Part shown: piece by piece, positions 1-11,342 of the stretch
Position numbering within the stretch: position 1 is the stretch's first letter
Layout: the number at the start of each line of letters is the position of its first letter
Source: Phaeosaccion multiseriatum
Lineage: Eukaryota; Protista; Ochrophyta, other classes
Reading direction: 5' to 3'
Length of the DNA: 64,000 nt
Assembly (NCBI GenBank): GCA_965112735.1
Contig: OZ218953.1
Coordinates: forward strand, 5,456,001 to 5,520,000
The notes under the pieces: generated by a model
Database searches by the model: none
What the model was told of the DNA's origin: nothing
What the model saw: the letters and a program-made list of their open reading frames with translations, nothing else
Program-made: the position numbers and the translations under genes

Positions 1-138
1 GGTGCCCCCCCCCCCCCCCCTTCTTTCCTTCCTTTCGCGGTGCCCCCAACTCGCTACACTCGGCGTGTGTGCGTGTGTACATTACGGACGGGGGTTTCAT
101 GCTATCACCACCTTCACCATCTGTGCTCTTGTTGGTAG

Positions 139-885
139 GTCTGCGAAGAGCTCGGCATCGATTTGCGTATCGTGTACCTCCATCGGGACCCTTCAGAGAC
201 CATCAGCTCTGTGCACCGCAGATTCGAACCCATGAAAGACATTTTCGGCACGCTGAGAAGAGTGGACTCCAACGCCCGCATTCTCTTCACCATGCTGGAT
301 CAGATAGACCCTGCCTTCGTGCAGTGCCTGAGCTACAGCGAGGCGATGGTGCCGACCAGCCCCCAGCACGAGGCCGTGGCGAGGCATCTGGACCCGAGGT
401 TCAGCGAGAGGCCCAACGAGGTAAAGGACATGTTCGAGACTCTGGCGCACAAGAGCAAGAGAGCACACCACAAGCTCCCGCCCTTCGCCACTGCCTCGCG
501 TGAGCAGATGAGCGTTGAGGCTCTGTTCGAGGACATGTATGATTCCTTCTGCCGCGGCCCAGAGCGAGCTTCGTCGCCCTCCTTGCTGTCTCGTTCCGTT
601 GCTCCTCCTGCCGAGGTGAGGCCAGCCTTGCTCGCAGCAGATCAAGCCCTTGTCACGACGACCACCACCACAACAACCGAGACCGTGAATGCGCCTCCTC
701 GGGCAGCAGCTGTGGACGATGCTGGCCTCGTTGCGCAGATGGCGGCACAGAGAGAGGAGAAAGCAGAGTTGATGAGAAGAGCGAAGGAGGTACACGACGC
801 GAGGAAGCGTAAATCACCCTCGGGCGGCAGCAGGAAGCGGCGCGACCGAGTATCTCCGCGAAAGAATGGTCGTGGAGGCGGGTAG
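139..885 (+). CDS. Terminal exon of a sulfotransferase-like protein (5' part lies outside the window)
   Basis: Acceptor ..ggtag at 137-138 is followed in frame by VCEELGIDLRIVYLHRDPSETISS, which resembles the 3'-phosphate-binding motif (hhhRDP....S) of PAPS sulfotransferases. Low-complexity basic tail; stop at 885. Confidence 0.55.
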   Translation, partial: VCEELGIDLRIVYLHRDPSETISSVHRRFEPMKDIFGTLRRVDSNARILFTMLDQIDPAFVQCLSYSEAMVPTSPQHEAVARHLDPRFSERPNEVKDMFETLAHKSKRAHHKLPPFATASREQMSVEALFEDMYDSFCRGPERASSPSLLSRSVAPPAEVRPALLAADQALVTTTTTTTTETVNAPPRAAAVDDAGLVAQMAAQREEKAELMRRAKEVHDARKRKSPSGGSRKRRDRVSPRKNGRGGG

Positions 886-927
886 CGTAGCTCGGCCGAA
901 TCACCACCATCCGGATCTCCTGACCCG

Positions 928-2400
928 TTACTTTGGGGAGGGGCCACTCCGGGCGCTCGTGAAGGGTCTCAGGGCATGGGGTTTGGTGGTGACGGATGGA
1001 CAGTAACACGTCCTGTACTCCTGTGCTCTTCCTCTGCCTCTGATGAGCAACGCCCAAGCTTCCAAGCTTCTCCGCTCCGGTTGGCAGGGGACCCCATGTG
1101 GCCTTGTTAGGACGTGGAAGATGGAGCCGAGAGGAGAGATGGCCACGAGAAATGCATACTCTGCTCTGCTGTGCTGTGTCGCTCGAGGTAGCAGGTGTTG
1201 GCAGCGACAGTGGGGAGGGAGAGGGGAGTACCATCCTTTTCTTCGCAGAAAGAAGGGGGGTGTGGCGTGGCGCGATGATACGCCTCCCCCCCCCGCGAGA
1301 AGAACACGGCCCGGGAAGACAGGGACGGCTGTTCTGCTGGCGCGAGCCTGCGTGTCGGTCTCACTCGCCACTTGCCCCAACAAGCAGCTTTGGCCAGCAG
1401 GTCAGCATCGAGCCAGAGTACGGTCACAGACATGTGTCGGGTTTCCCGGTGGAGATAAAAGCAGCAAGCGGCACAGAGTATCTCACTCACTCTGTCAGTA
1501 TCTGCCAGTGCTTAGGCATCGGCACTGGATAAAAGGTTTCTTAATTGTCAATTAGACTACTAGACAAGTGTCATCTACTGGTACGTGTATTAATACAGCT
1601 TAACCCGAGAGCAAGCCTGCTGGCCGCTCTGTCCTTACACAACCAGGCTCTGAGAGGGAACCCGAGCTCCTGACGTGCGTCAGTAATTCACGGATCACAA
1701 AGGGGAAACAAGGTGCTCTGTATCACGACGTTGGGGGCTTGGTTGCCTGCTTTCTATTGGTGCTTTCTTTCGGCCCTGAGAAGGGAAGCCAAGCCACAAG
1801 GTGCTATCCTACGCATCGTATCACCACCCTCACTACTCCGTGAAGCAGTCCTGACCTCCCAGCGCCCTCCTCGTCCTTTCGAGCGTTTTCCTCTCGCTCC
1901 TCCCGGCGGACCTCCCTGTGCAGTAAGTCAGTAAGCGCAACTCTTCCGTCACGTTCTGTCGTCGCATGGAGGGGTAGGCGTGGATCACGACCCTCTGCTG
2001 TGAGAGCAGTTGGCCCACCCTTTCGGCTTTGCTTCGCGTTTGCACGCACCCAACAGAAACAGCGGCGACGTACCTCTCGGCCGGGCCTTCAGAGTGTGGC
2101 GGGTTGGGGCACCTTTCGCCTTGGTTCGCCTCTGCCTTTCGTGGGTGCCTGTGCCGGTGCTGAGGCGACAATAGAATAGGGCACTTCAGCGAGCATCGTG
2201 ACGCCCCGCCGCCACCCTCTTCCTCCACCGCGGAACGAAGGCCGTTGTACCGCCTTTCAAAGTGCTCCCCCTTTGGCGAACAAGCGACACCGCGTGAAAC
2301 ATCCACGCGTCGCCCTTTCTGCGGCGGCCCGATGTCCATCGCTTGTAACAAACGCTACCCTCCGAACAAGCTCATCAAAATCGTGTGGGCGGGCCCTTGC
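928..2400 (-). CDS. Possible multi-exon glycosyltransferase-like gene (DxD motif); model incomplete and may be degenerate
   Basis: Minus-strand segments PMPKHWQILTE|gtgag and RETRHMSVTVLWLDADLLAKAACWGKWR|gtgaga (about 1365-1450) end at donor-like sites. VLWLDAD is a typical GT-A DxD strand. Boundaries are approximate. Confidence 0.3.
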
Positions 2401-2466
2401 CTCCTCCCTGGCATTGCACGCAACAACACTTAAAGGCGCCTTGTCCCAGCCGTCCTTTTGCCGGTG

Positions 2467-3241
2467 CTACTCCTTCCTCCTCGCTTCCTGTACGTTACTG
2501 CCTTGTCGCTTGTTACGCCTGTCCAGCACCCACTCATACAGCTCCACGTCCAGCGCATTCCGCGACCGAATTTCCGCTCGAAGGCTTTCGGAGTGAAGCC
2601 TGTTCGTCTTCTGCTGGGACGATTTGGAAGCGTGGAGGTGCGCCGTCGGGGCTCCGGGGATGGCCTTGCCATAGTATCGGGCAATCTCTTCCAGACTGTC
2701 GCCCAATCGCTCGGCCACACCCACGAACAAGAAGCGCTCCTCGATGACTCTCTTGGCATTCTCCAGTAGACTGCGGTCCCTGTTGATCATGTCTTCTACC
2801 CCCACATAGGAGGAGGCGTCCCCTGTGGCGGCTTCGGTTACATTGTAGTGCGCAGCCCAGAAGCGCCTCGCCGGCTCATTGGCATACGCCACACAGTGCT
2901 GTGCAGAATGGCTTTGGTGGTACTCGCCCATGGAGTCGAGTGACACCAGGTACTTGACCTGCCGGTTCATCCCGGTGTTGTACGGCGACCTCAGCCAGGC
3001 TTTGTTTATCGCACGCCAAGCGGAGGAGAGAGGCGTTCGTCCGAGAGGGAGGAGAGGCACATGAGCAGGCATGCACGAGGGAGGTTAGTTCGGAGCAGTT
3101 GCTGTTTCGTCTTGCGTGCTTGAGCGTGCTTGAGCGTTTCGCCATGTGGACCAGCCCGTCGGACGAGCAAGACAGGCAGGCGTTGTATTTGTCGCGCAGC
3201 ATTGGAGAGCTCCCCCCCCGGCCCTCAAGGACACAGCGAGA

Positions 3242-3276
<35 letters not shown>

Positions 3277-4826
3277 CTCCCTTCCCTCGGAAGTAGCTGA
3301 GCTTCAGGGTGAGCTTCAAGTTTAGAACACTACGCTGCCCCAGGCAAGGCTCACCTTCAAAGCTTCCCTTGTTGCACAGCAAGGGCCCCCACGCTTGTTG
3401 GTGGCATGGAGCCCACCAGAAGTACTCGCTGTGGCAAGAGACGGGAGAAGGCAACCCAGTTAAGGCAAGGCCAATCTTTGTTCTGTCCCAGCTTCTTTCT
3501 TCTACCCTCCTGGATGGAACGAAACAAATCCATGGCAGCTTGACATTCTTGTCGGAACGATCGAACTAAACAACTAAGTAACCGAACGGTCCGTGCTCGC
3601 TTCTCTGAACGAACCAACTCACTAACCTGACAGCCCGTACGACGGGGTCCCGCACCATTGTGAAGAAGTCCAAAGTGTGCGCCTTCGGGTCGTACCCTGA
3701 GGAGCGAGTGCCGAGGGCATTCGATCGGGTCCAGCATTGACGAATGCCGTCAGTGTGCGTGCACCGTGGCCGAGAATCAGCCAGCAGCGGAAAGGTAGGC
3801 AGGCTTGTTTGATGAAAGCGGACGTGCAGACGAAGGAAAGAAGAAACAACAAGGCAAGTATTGGCAGATCTGCCTCCTCTTCCCTCGCCTCCCGCACTCA
3901 CCTGGCATTTTCCCTCTGCCCGACTCCAGGCACATCTTGAGCTCCGAAAAGCCGCAATGCGTGCCTCCATACTTCCGGTGCTCCATCCTGCTGGTGCAGC
4001 CCGGGGAGTGGTAAGACGCGCCCCTGCTGGGGTACAGTGAGCTCTTCTCCTTTCTCCGTGCCTGCTGCGGTGGCGGTGGAGGTGGCAGCTTCCCAGAGGG
4101 CGCTGGCTGTGGCCTGCGTGCAGGCTTCTGGCGAGCGGGATTGCGTGCAGGCTGCTGGCGAGCTGGTTGCCTCTGCTTACGCGCAGGCTTCTGGTGGACG
4201 GGCTGCCTGTGCTTTGGCCTCGGGTTCGCGCGTAGCTCTCGTCGAGATTGCACATGGCCCGAAGAGATGTCGGGAGAGGCCAGAAGCTCGCGCACTGCAC
4301 GAAAGTATGTCCCTCCCGCGCACTTCGGAATATGCACAAACACGAGAGGGGCCCAATCGTCAGCCCTCTGGATCAACAAGGTTCGGTTGGTGGGCACTTC
4401 CGGCAAAGCCCCATTGCCCCTCCACCCTTCTCTATTATCACTATTTCGTCGCCCATCGATCGATGGTGACTCTTCTTTGCTGCCGTCCCTTGGGCGTGCA
4501 CCTCCTACTAAGGCGGACGCCTCCGTACCACCCTTCGTGCTCTCATGATCACACGGTTCGCGCACTTCGCGCATCCCCTCTTCACCAGACTTCTGTTGGC
4601 CTGGGTCTGCCGCCGACTCACTCAGTTTGCTCAGTTCGCGTATCCCCTCTTCACCAGACTGCTGCTGGCTGGTTTGCGTTGCCAAGTCACTCGCTTCGCT
4701 CACTTCGCGTATCCCCTCTTCACCAGACTGCTGCTTGCCTGGGTCTGCCGCCGACACGACGAGGAATGTCACAAAGAACAGCAGCAACCATGACATAGCC
4801 GGAATGGCGAGACACCAAAACCTCAT
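2467..4826 (-). CDS. Golgi-type sulfotransferase (Sulfotransfer_2 / Gal-3-O-sulfotransferase-like), multi-exon
   Basis: N-terminal signal/anchor (MRFWCLAIPAMSWLLLFFVTFLVVSA), 5'-PSB motif PLVFVHIPKCAGGT, 3'-PB motif FFTMVRDPVVRAV, and C-terminal FLFVGVAERLGDSL and IRSRNALDVELYEW. GT-AG introns separate these segments. Confidence 0.85.
4557..4755. repeat. Three tandem ~66-bp coding repeats in the sulfotransferase stem region
   Basis: cgcgtatcccctcttcaccagact occurs three times (one copy with a substitution), encoding (SAADPG/LATQTS)xQxSGEEG(I/M)RE repeats. Confidence 0.85.
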
Positions 4827-5014
4827 CCCCTCGCTAGCCCTCACCTCTGTCGAGGGGAAAGGGGGGGGGAAGATTTTTGTCGGTTTCGACCGTTACAAAC
4901 CTCACCATCAGTCTGAGTTTTAGATCGATGTCCACTGGTCTAGGGAGAGACTTTGAAGAGTGATAATCGCCGCCCCAAGAAAACGCCGGGGCTCAGAAAC
5001 GAGGGCGGGACGTT

Positions 5015-6497
5015 ATGGCTCCGCTTTTCCAGCTGGTGGTGCTGCTCCTCAGCATCTCCATCTCTACATGCATCGCCGACCAGGCTTTTGGGGGGCTTGG
5101 TGGGGAACAGGAGAGCATCAGTTATCACACGGCCAACAATAGCAGCAGCTCGGTGTATTCTCATCGAAAAGAGCACTGTCCGCTGCCTAGCTACGCTGGT
5201 GCAGGCATTGTGTACAATCTTGTCCTGTGCTCGGAAAACGTGAACAAGTGAGGCACATTTCGAGGAGAGAGAGGAGTTCTAAAAAGAGTATAGAGTGCAT
5301 ATCTTGGACTGCGTTAAAACAGTGTCGGTCTTTTGGTTATGAGGAGTCGTGCAGATGGCGGGGTGGGTATGTGTGCTGAGGAAAAGAGGCACTTCAAGCA
5401 AGGGGCGCTGCAACGATTCCCCCCCCCCCCCATTCTTTTGCCCTCACGCTTCCCCCTCTTCTCCCCCTCTCTCGTGTCTCTCTTTCTCTGTACGACAGAT
5501 ATGTGGGTGAGTTGGTGAAGGCAGCAGTGAGAATACGGCGAGTAGAGCGCGATGATACGCCAATCACGGTCATGACCTCTCGGCAATGCCGGGGATACCT
5601 GGTAGGACTGCCCAAGAAGCCCCCCCCAAGGAGGTTGACGACATCGCTGGAAGGAGAAGAGGACGACATTGACATGATAGAGCTTGCTGACAGCTATGAT
5701 GAGGAAGGGGAGGAAGGTGACAAGGGAAACAGTGGGGTGGGAAATAGTAGAGAGCTCAGAACAAAGAGTAGGGTAGGCGGCAAGAAACCGCGAAAATTGC
5801 CCCCCAGAAGCCACGTTCCTCCTCGGCCAGCATCGCCTGGAGCAAATCGCGCAAAAGGCCGCCGGACAATGGACCAACTCGAGAGCTTGTGTGTGGAGGT
5901 GAGGGAGATCAACCTTCCCGGGGGAGGAATGCCCAATCTACCGACCTCCAGGGAGAAGATGCAGAAGAGCGTGTCCACATGGTAAGGAAAGGTTAGGCTC
6001 TCGTCAGGCGGGGCTCTGCAGGGGACCCAACGAGTGGAGAGAGAGGGGAGGGGGGCTGAGTGGGGGGGTGGGGGTGGGGGCGACTTGACTGCCCCCAAGG
6101 GGAAAGGGTAATCAAGGCGGTGGGGGGGAAAGGGATGATATAGACGGATGCGGTACAATCATCCTTTCTTCTCTCGCCTCCCATAGAGGATACCCTGCAC
6201 ACCCCATACTCTACCTGTATTTCACTAGCTGGCTCTGCCCCCCCTTTGAGCTCCTTCGCTCCATTCCTGACTGTAAGCGAGGCATGAAGCTTCAATGCCT
6301 CGTCCTGAACTGTTCTGGCCGTGCCTTATCGTGCGCTTGATTTGCGATGTGGGGCGGGGCGGCTCTGGCTCTATCTCACTCAGGTGGTGGAGGTACCTGG
6401 CGAATGAGCAGATCCCCTACCGAGTGGCGGCCATCCTGGATATGGATGCCCTCCCATGCTACGGTTTCGAGCAGGCCACGGACTACCTGTTGGGTGG

Positions 6498-6531
<34 letters not shown>

Positions 6532-7734
6532 GGGGGAGGGAAGAGAGAGGGAAGGAAAGGGAAGTGGTTAAGGAAGGGCAGGGCGCTTTTCTTTCTGCTC
6601 CACTCGGCCTAAGCCCATGCACCTCCCTTTGTCTCCCTTTCCCTCCCTCTGCCTCGCGAGTAGGGCACGCCGATGTGATTAGCACAGAGGCGCCTATGGC
6701 CTTTGGCAATTGCCAGGAGGCGCATGTGGGAGTGAGTATTCCACAAGCCTTTATGAAGCACTACACAGGCTTCATCGAGCGCAACTTGGGCTTCTTGGCC
6801 GTCAACATGGACACCATGAGGCCGGTGTTCACGAGGGCCAAGCAAGTCTTTTTGGACCAAATCACACACGGCCTGCCAATTGTGGGAGATCAGTGGTGAG
6901 TGCGAGGGGCCCCTTCTAGTGGGGGACGAGAGGCGAGTAGTGCGTGTTCTGGGCAGTCATCTCGCCTCGCTTACTGGAAAGCGCCTGAGGGGGTGGTGCG
7001 AGGGTCGTCTCAGTCCTCGAGACTGTGTGTCTGGTGTGTCTGGTGTGCACTGTGGGCTTGAGGCAGCTTCTCACCATCCAGAGCTGCATCCGTGGCTTCC
7101 GTCCTCCGTCCTCCGATGTCTCCGCCCCCCCCCCCCCCGCCTTCCCGGACTAGTGCGTGGCGAGAAGCTCTCTTCCACGCCACCAAGATGGGAGACTGGC
7201 CCGAAGTGCTGCAGGTGGGGGGAGGCAAGCCGCTCAGAGAAGTAATCATACCGCCAGAGGTGAGATGCGGCGAGGGACTGAGGGACTGCCCGCGGGGGAG
7301 GGGAGGGGTCAGCGGTGCGGAGTGAAGCCGCTCATCGCATTCGCAGTGCCACTTGAAGCAAAGCGATGATGGATCAAGTCCCGAGATGCGCCCCTGCCCG
7401 TCTAAGATGCGCTTAAGACGGGGTGCCATTTGGGGCATCTCCCCACTCTCTCCAACCGCGGGCATTACCTTGTTGAGCAGGCCAAACGTCAGCCTTTCTC
7501 TTGTCTGACGCATGTGGCCACTCGTGTGGCTCCTCCCTCCTCCCTCAATGTGCCGCTTCCCTCTCCTCTCCCTCTCCGAAGGTGGGCTGCAGGGCGCCTT
7601 CCCCGAGCATGCCTCACCCCTCTTGCAAGGCGGGCTGCCTCATGGTGCACAACCATCAAGCCTTCAACGAGATCATCCAAGAGAAGGACTGGTACGGACC
7701 GCTCAATCACTGGGAAGGCTCCCCCGTCCCTTGA
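5015..7734 (+). CDS. GT-A fold glycosyltransferase (nucleotide-diphospho-sugar transferase-like), about 6 exons
   Basis: Signal/anchor MAPLFQLVVLLLSISIS. Exons joined via GT-AG give ..NKYVGELVKAAVRI.., AAILDMDALPC (DxD), ERNLGFLAV, GDQCAWREALF and CLMVHNH. Stop at 7734. Confidence 0.65.
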
Positions 7735-8485
7735 GGTTGGGGGGTACGGTGAATTCATTGCCCGCCTCTCCCCCGAGCGTTCTCACCCCCTTCCTCCGTA
7801 GAGGGTGGGGAGGTAGCAACACGGGGGAGAGTATATGCTGGCGGGCCAAGCCTTGGGCTGGTGCGCGCGCTTCCCAAGCATAGCTTCTCCCTCCTCAGCC
7901 ACGGAATGCCTGTGCACAGATAGATGTACAGTGGCGTCATTCCGCAGAAGGGCCCGTCCCATGGTCCCATCCGTGCGCTTTTAAGGCGATGCCGACAAGA
8001 CGGTTGTGACGGTAGTGACGGTGGTCTGGGGATTGTGGCTTAGCGTCGCGCAGGGCCAATGCAGTGAGCGCCGAAGGGAGGCCTCGCATGGAGCGAGGGT
8101 CTAGCTGAAGCGCGCATTCTTCACCTGCACGACGTCCTGGGTCCAAGCTACAACGAAGCATGAGGTCCGCCCCCGCCAACGCGGCAAGGAGAGAGGGTTT
8201 CTGTCACTAGCACAGGGTGACGATTGGAACGATACGGTGGTACATTTTGCTGGGGCCGGGGGCTCAACAACTAGGCTTGGCTCTTACGCCGGTGCTGTGT
8301 GACTGTGTGTGCGTTCGATCGGTGCGCCTGTCGCGGGACACGGTCTACCCTTGACAGACACGCTGACAGACACGCCATTGCATATTTCTGGATAGCTGCG
8401 CGATGGGCACACGTCAATAGCTGATGGTGGGGCCCTACCCTGCTCTGCCCATACGATTGTCATATTGTCATTCCTCTGAAAATGA

Positions 8486-8550
8486 CACACAATTCTGTGT
8501 TATATATAGTGGTGCACCAAGCACACAATTCTGTGTTATATATAGTGGTG
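8486..8550. repeat. 29-bp near-tandem duplication (cacacaattctgtgttatatatagtggtg x2)
   Basis: Identical copies at 8486-8514 and 8522-8550. Confidence 0.9.
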
Positions 8551-8650
8551 TATACGTAAGCCCACCGTTGGCCGCTACTGCCCACCTTGAGGCCTGTTGC
8601 CTCTACCGAGTGGCAAAGGAGGAAGGAGCAATACACCCTTAAGTGCCATC

Positions 8651-8762
8651 TATGGTTGTCTAAAAGTAACGTCTCACCGCCCCCCAACTTAGCCCCCGAG
8701 GTCGTATACGTCCAACTCGTCAGTCATCCCCATCGGAACAAAGTTATAGCCAGGACCCTGTG
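8651..8762 (-). mobile_element. Diverged copy of a short interspersed repeat (sister of 11040-11193)
   Basis: Shares tatggttgtctaaaagt, aacttagcccccgagg and ccccatcggaacaaagtt with 11064-11192. True ends not defined. Confidence 0.6.
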
Positions 8763-8857
8763 TCGAATCGATCGCTTGTGTCGGGCCCGCTGGAGCGCCA
8801 CGGCCAATCGCCGAGGGTAGCGTGAAGTGAGCGGAGGGGAAAAAGAAAGCTTCCAGA

Positions 8858-10228
8858 ATGGAGGACATACAGGCGAGCATTGCAGCAGTGAGTCGTAAGG
8901 AAGAGGCAGTGGAGCAGGCGTTGAGTGGGGAGGGCAGCTACTTGGGGCTGATCTTGGGAGAAGCTGCGGGAAGAGGGGATGGTGAGAGGAAGGAGCTGCT
9001 CATGCACCTTCAAGCTTTGAGGGATGAGAAGATGCAGCTGAGGGATCAAGAGATGGAGAATGCGGAAGAGAAGGCTGGCGAGAGGGCCTTTGAGAGAGAG
9101 AAGGAGCTCCTCCTCCTCCGCCTCCAAGCGCAACAATCCGCAGCAACCAGCAGAAGCCGCAGCCCCCACACAGTCCGGACGCCGAGGTGGAGGAGGGGAA
9201 GGCTGGGAGAGACAGGAGGGGGGGGCAGAAAGTGGCGACATGTAACCTCAGGAGGAGGGGGTAGAGGGGGCGGACGTGCTGCCTCTCATCGACTTCCCCT
9301 TCCTGGCTCGGGCGCCTGTGCAAGCGCCTTTGGTATGGAGGAGGTGTATGCAAAGGTGATGGAGCTCGTGGGAGGGGGGGAGTACGCTTTCGTCGCGACG
9401 GTGTGCTGGAAGTGGAGGGAATACTACATCGTTGAGCACGCAGCCATGACGAGCCATGCAAGAGTAGTTGCCTCCATTGAGCGTGTGTACTGGGCCAGGA
9501 GGCACGGCTACGAGCTTACAGTCGAAACGTTCAGGGCTGCTGCTCAGTATGGAGATGTGAGCATCTGCAAGGCTCTTTTTCACATGGGCTGTCCCTGGGA
9601 TGTGTATGTGTGCAGTGGGGCAGCTTCCAATGAGCGGCACAGCCTGAGTGTGCTCAAGTGGCTGCGCTCAGAGGACTCGGCTGACGCCAAAGAGGAGAAA
9701 TGCCCATGGACTCCGAGGGTCTGCGCTGCTGCTGCGTTGAGGGGGAACTTGCAGCTGCTGGAGTGGCTTCTATCGGATGACGTGAACGCTCCCTTTTCGC
9801 CAGAGATGTGGAACCACGCTGCTGCACGTGGGCATGTCTCTTTGCTGGCATGGCTACTGAGCAATCCCAAGGTTAAGGCTGAGCTGGAGGGAGCGGAGGA
9901 GGGAAGTAAATGGAGGTCGGGACCCTGGATTGCCGCTGCTAACTCCCAACTGGAGACTTTGCGGTGGCTGCACACCAATGCGCGTGAGCTTGGTAATTGG
10001 ACCGCTGACGTATGCGCAGCTGCGGTTTATCGTGGCGAGAGCCTGGAAATGCTGCAGTGGCTCCGCTCAGAGGAGGTGGGCTGCGCGTGGGATTTTGATG
10101 CGTGTCCAGAAGTCGTCAAGGCAGGACTGGTGGCAGAAGGTTTTCCATGGTCCATGAAGGGCCGTGTATTTGAGGAGATCAAGCAGTGGGTGCATGCCAA
10201 TGGGCACCCCTGCGACTGCGAAGACTGA
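8858..10228 (+). CDS. Intronless protein with an N-terminal helical/coiled-coil header and ankyrin-like repeats
   Basis: 456-aa ORF with repeated CxxAAxxGxLxxLxWL units (CAAAALRGNLQLLEWL, AAARGHVSLLAWL, CAAAVYRGESLEMLQWLR) and GCPW/CAWD turns, typical of algal and giant-virus ankyrin proteins. Confidence 0.8.
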   Translation: MEDIQASIAAVSRKEEAVEQALSGEGSYLGLILGEAAGRGDGERKELLMHLQALRDEKMQLRDQEMENAEEKAGERAFEREKELLLLRLQAQQSAATSRSRSPHTVRTPRWRRGRLGETGGGGRKWRHVTSGGGGRGGGRAASHRLPLPGSGACASAFGMEEVYAKVMELVGGGEYAFVATVCWKWREYYIVEHAAMTSHARVVASIERVYWARRHGYELTVETFRAAAQYGDVSICKALFHMGCPWDVYVCSGAASNERHSLSVLKWLRSEDSADAKEEKCPWTPRVCAAAALRGNLQLLEWLLSDDVNAPFSPEMWNHAAARGHVSLLAWLLSNPKVKAELEGAEEGSKWRSGPWIAAANSQLETLRWLHTNARELGNWTADVCAAAVYRGESLEMLQWLRSEEVGCAWDFDACPEVVKAGLVAEGFPWSMKGRVFEEIKQWVHANGHPCDCED

Positions 10229-11039
10229 AGACCAGGGAGGAAGGTGTGTGGTGCGTGACTTTACTTGCTCGGGGAGTGAGGCAGAGGAACTCGGCGGCGG
10301 ACGATTAAGGTAGAGCAGTTGGTGCTGTGTTTACGTCAGGCTGGAGGCACCACCTCACTCGAAGCAGGAGGAGCAGCTCCTGTAGGTGGAGGAGAGGAAA
10401 AGCGCACTGTGCCTCTACGGCTCCATTTACGCACGCCAGAGAACCGCTGCTGAAGGGTGCAATACTTACAATCTTCAAAGCTACAATGAGCAGTCTCTGC
10501 CCTCCTCATTTGCGCGTATCTCCCAAGTCTTACGATGATGCTTTTCTCTTGCCTCCTCTACCCCATGCCTCAAAGCGCTCCTCTGCCCCAAGCGTGATGC
10601 CCTCCAGCCAAGCTCACTCACCCTGTGCCACGGGTGCCCGTCTTCCCTGTAAGCTCTGCCTACTGCAGCGAGCGCACGAGCATCAACCCCATGGCGACTC
10701 TTCCGTGCTGTCTGCCTTGTCCTCCCAAGAGTTTCATCCCGGCGGCCCTCCTGTGCCTTCGCTCCCAGCGACGGTGTTGTATGTGTGGTGCTCGCTCTGC
10801 GTAGCTTACCTCCTGTCCGTGGTCTTCCTGTTTCGCGCTGTGCCCCCTCTGTCGTGCTCCCTTGCTGGTCACTCGGGATTGCTTCAATGGGCTGCGTGGG
10901 GAGGCCCCTCCGTATGCCTTCCAAGTTGAGATGTCTGCCAGAGGCCTCGAAGAAAGCATTTGATAAGAGGGCCGATTTCTCCTTGGTTGAAGCGCTTGCA
11001 CCGGTCCCCACGAGAAAAGTCACCCTAAGGAGCAAGAAG

Positions 11040-11193
11040 ATCATATATTATAAAGGGGTTATGTATGGTTGTCTAAAAGTAGGCTAAAAGTAACGTCCCA
11101 CCGCCCTGGGGAACTTAGCCCCCGAGGACGTATCCCTCCGACTCATCAATCCTCCCCATCGGAACAAAGTTGATACTAGCCAGGATCCTGTGG
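11040..11193 (-). mobile_element. 154-bp insertion with a 15-bp target-site duplication (probable 5'-truncated non-LTR retroelement or SINE-like element)
   Basis: ctaaggagcaagaag at 11025-11039 and 11194-11208 flanks the insert. The insert is AT-rich at one end and has a homologue at 8651-8762. Confidence 0.75.
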
Positions 11194-11342
11194 CTAAGGA
11201 GCAAGAAGCGTATAGGAGGAAGAAGCCGGGGGTCATCCATCTGTGAGCCAACCTTCCAACACGTACGGCTTTCGCAGATCCTATTAAGTCAATGAAGTCT
11301 CGGTCGGGCCTCCACCGCATACAGCTTGAGTGCTTGAGTGTG

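Noticed and set aside
8223-8235. 13-nt match to U6 snRNA (attggaacgatac)
   Set aside because: Not followed by AGAGAAGATTAGC, and no C/D boxes are positioned for an antisense guide. Probably chance.
8651-11193. The two repeat copies as LTRs of one element carrying the ankyrin gene
   Set aside because: The copies are clearly diverged, lack TG..CA ends, and the second copy has its own TSD, indicating independent insertions.
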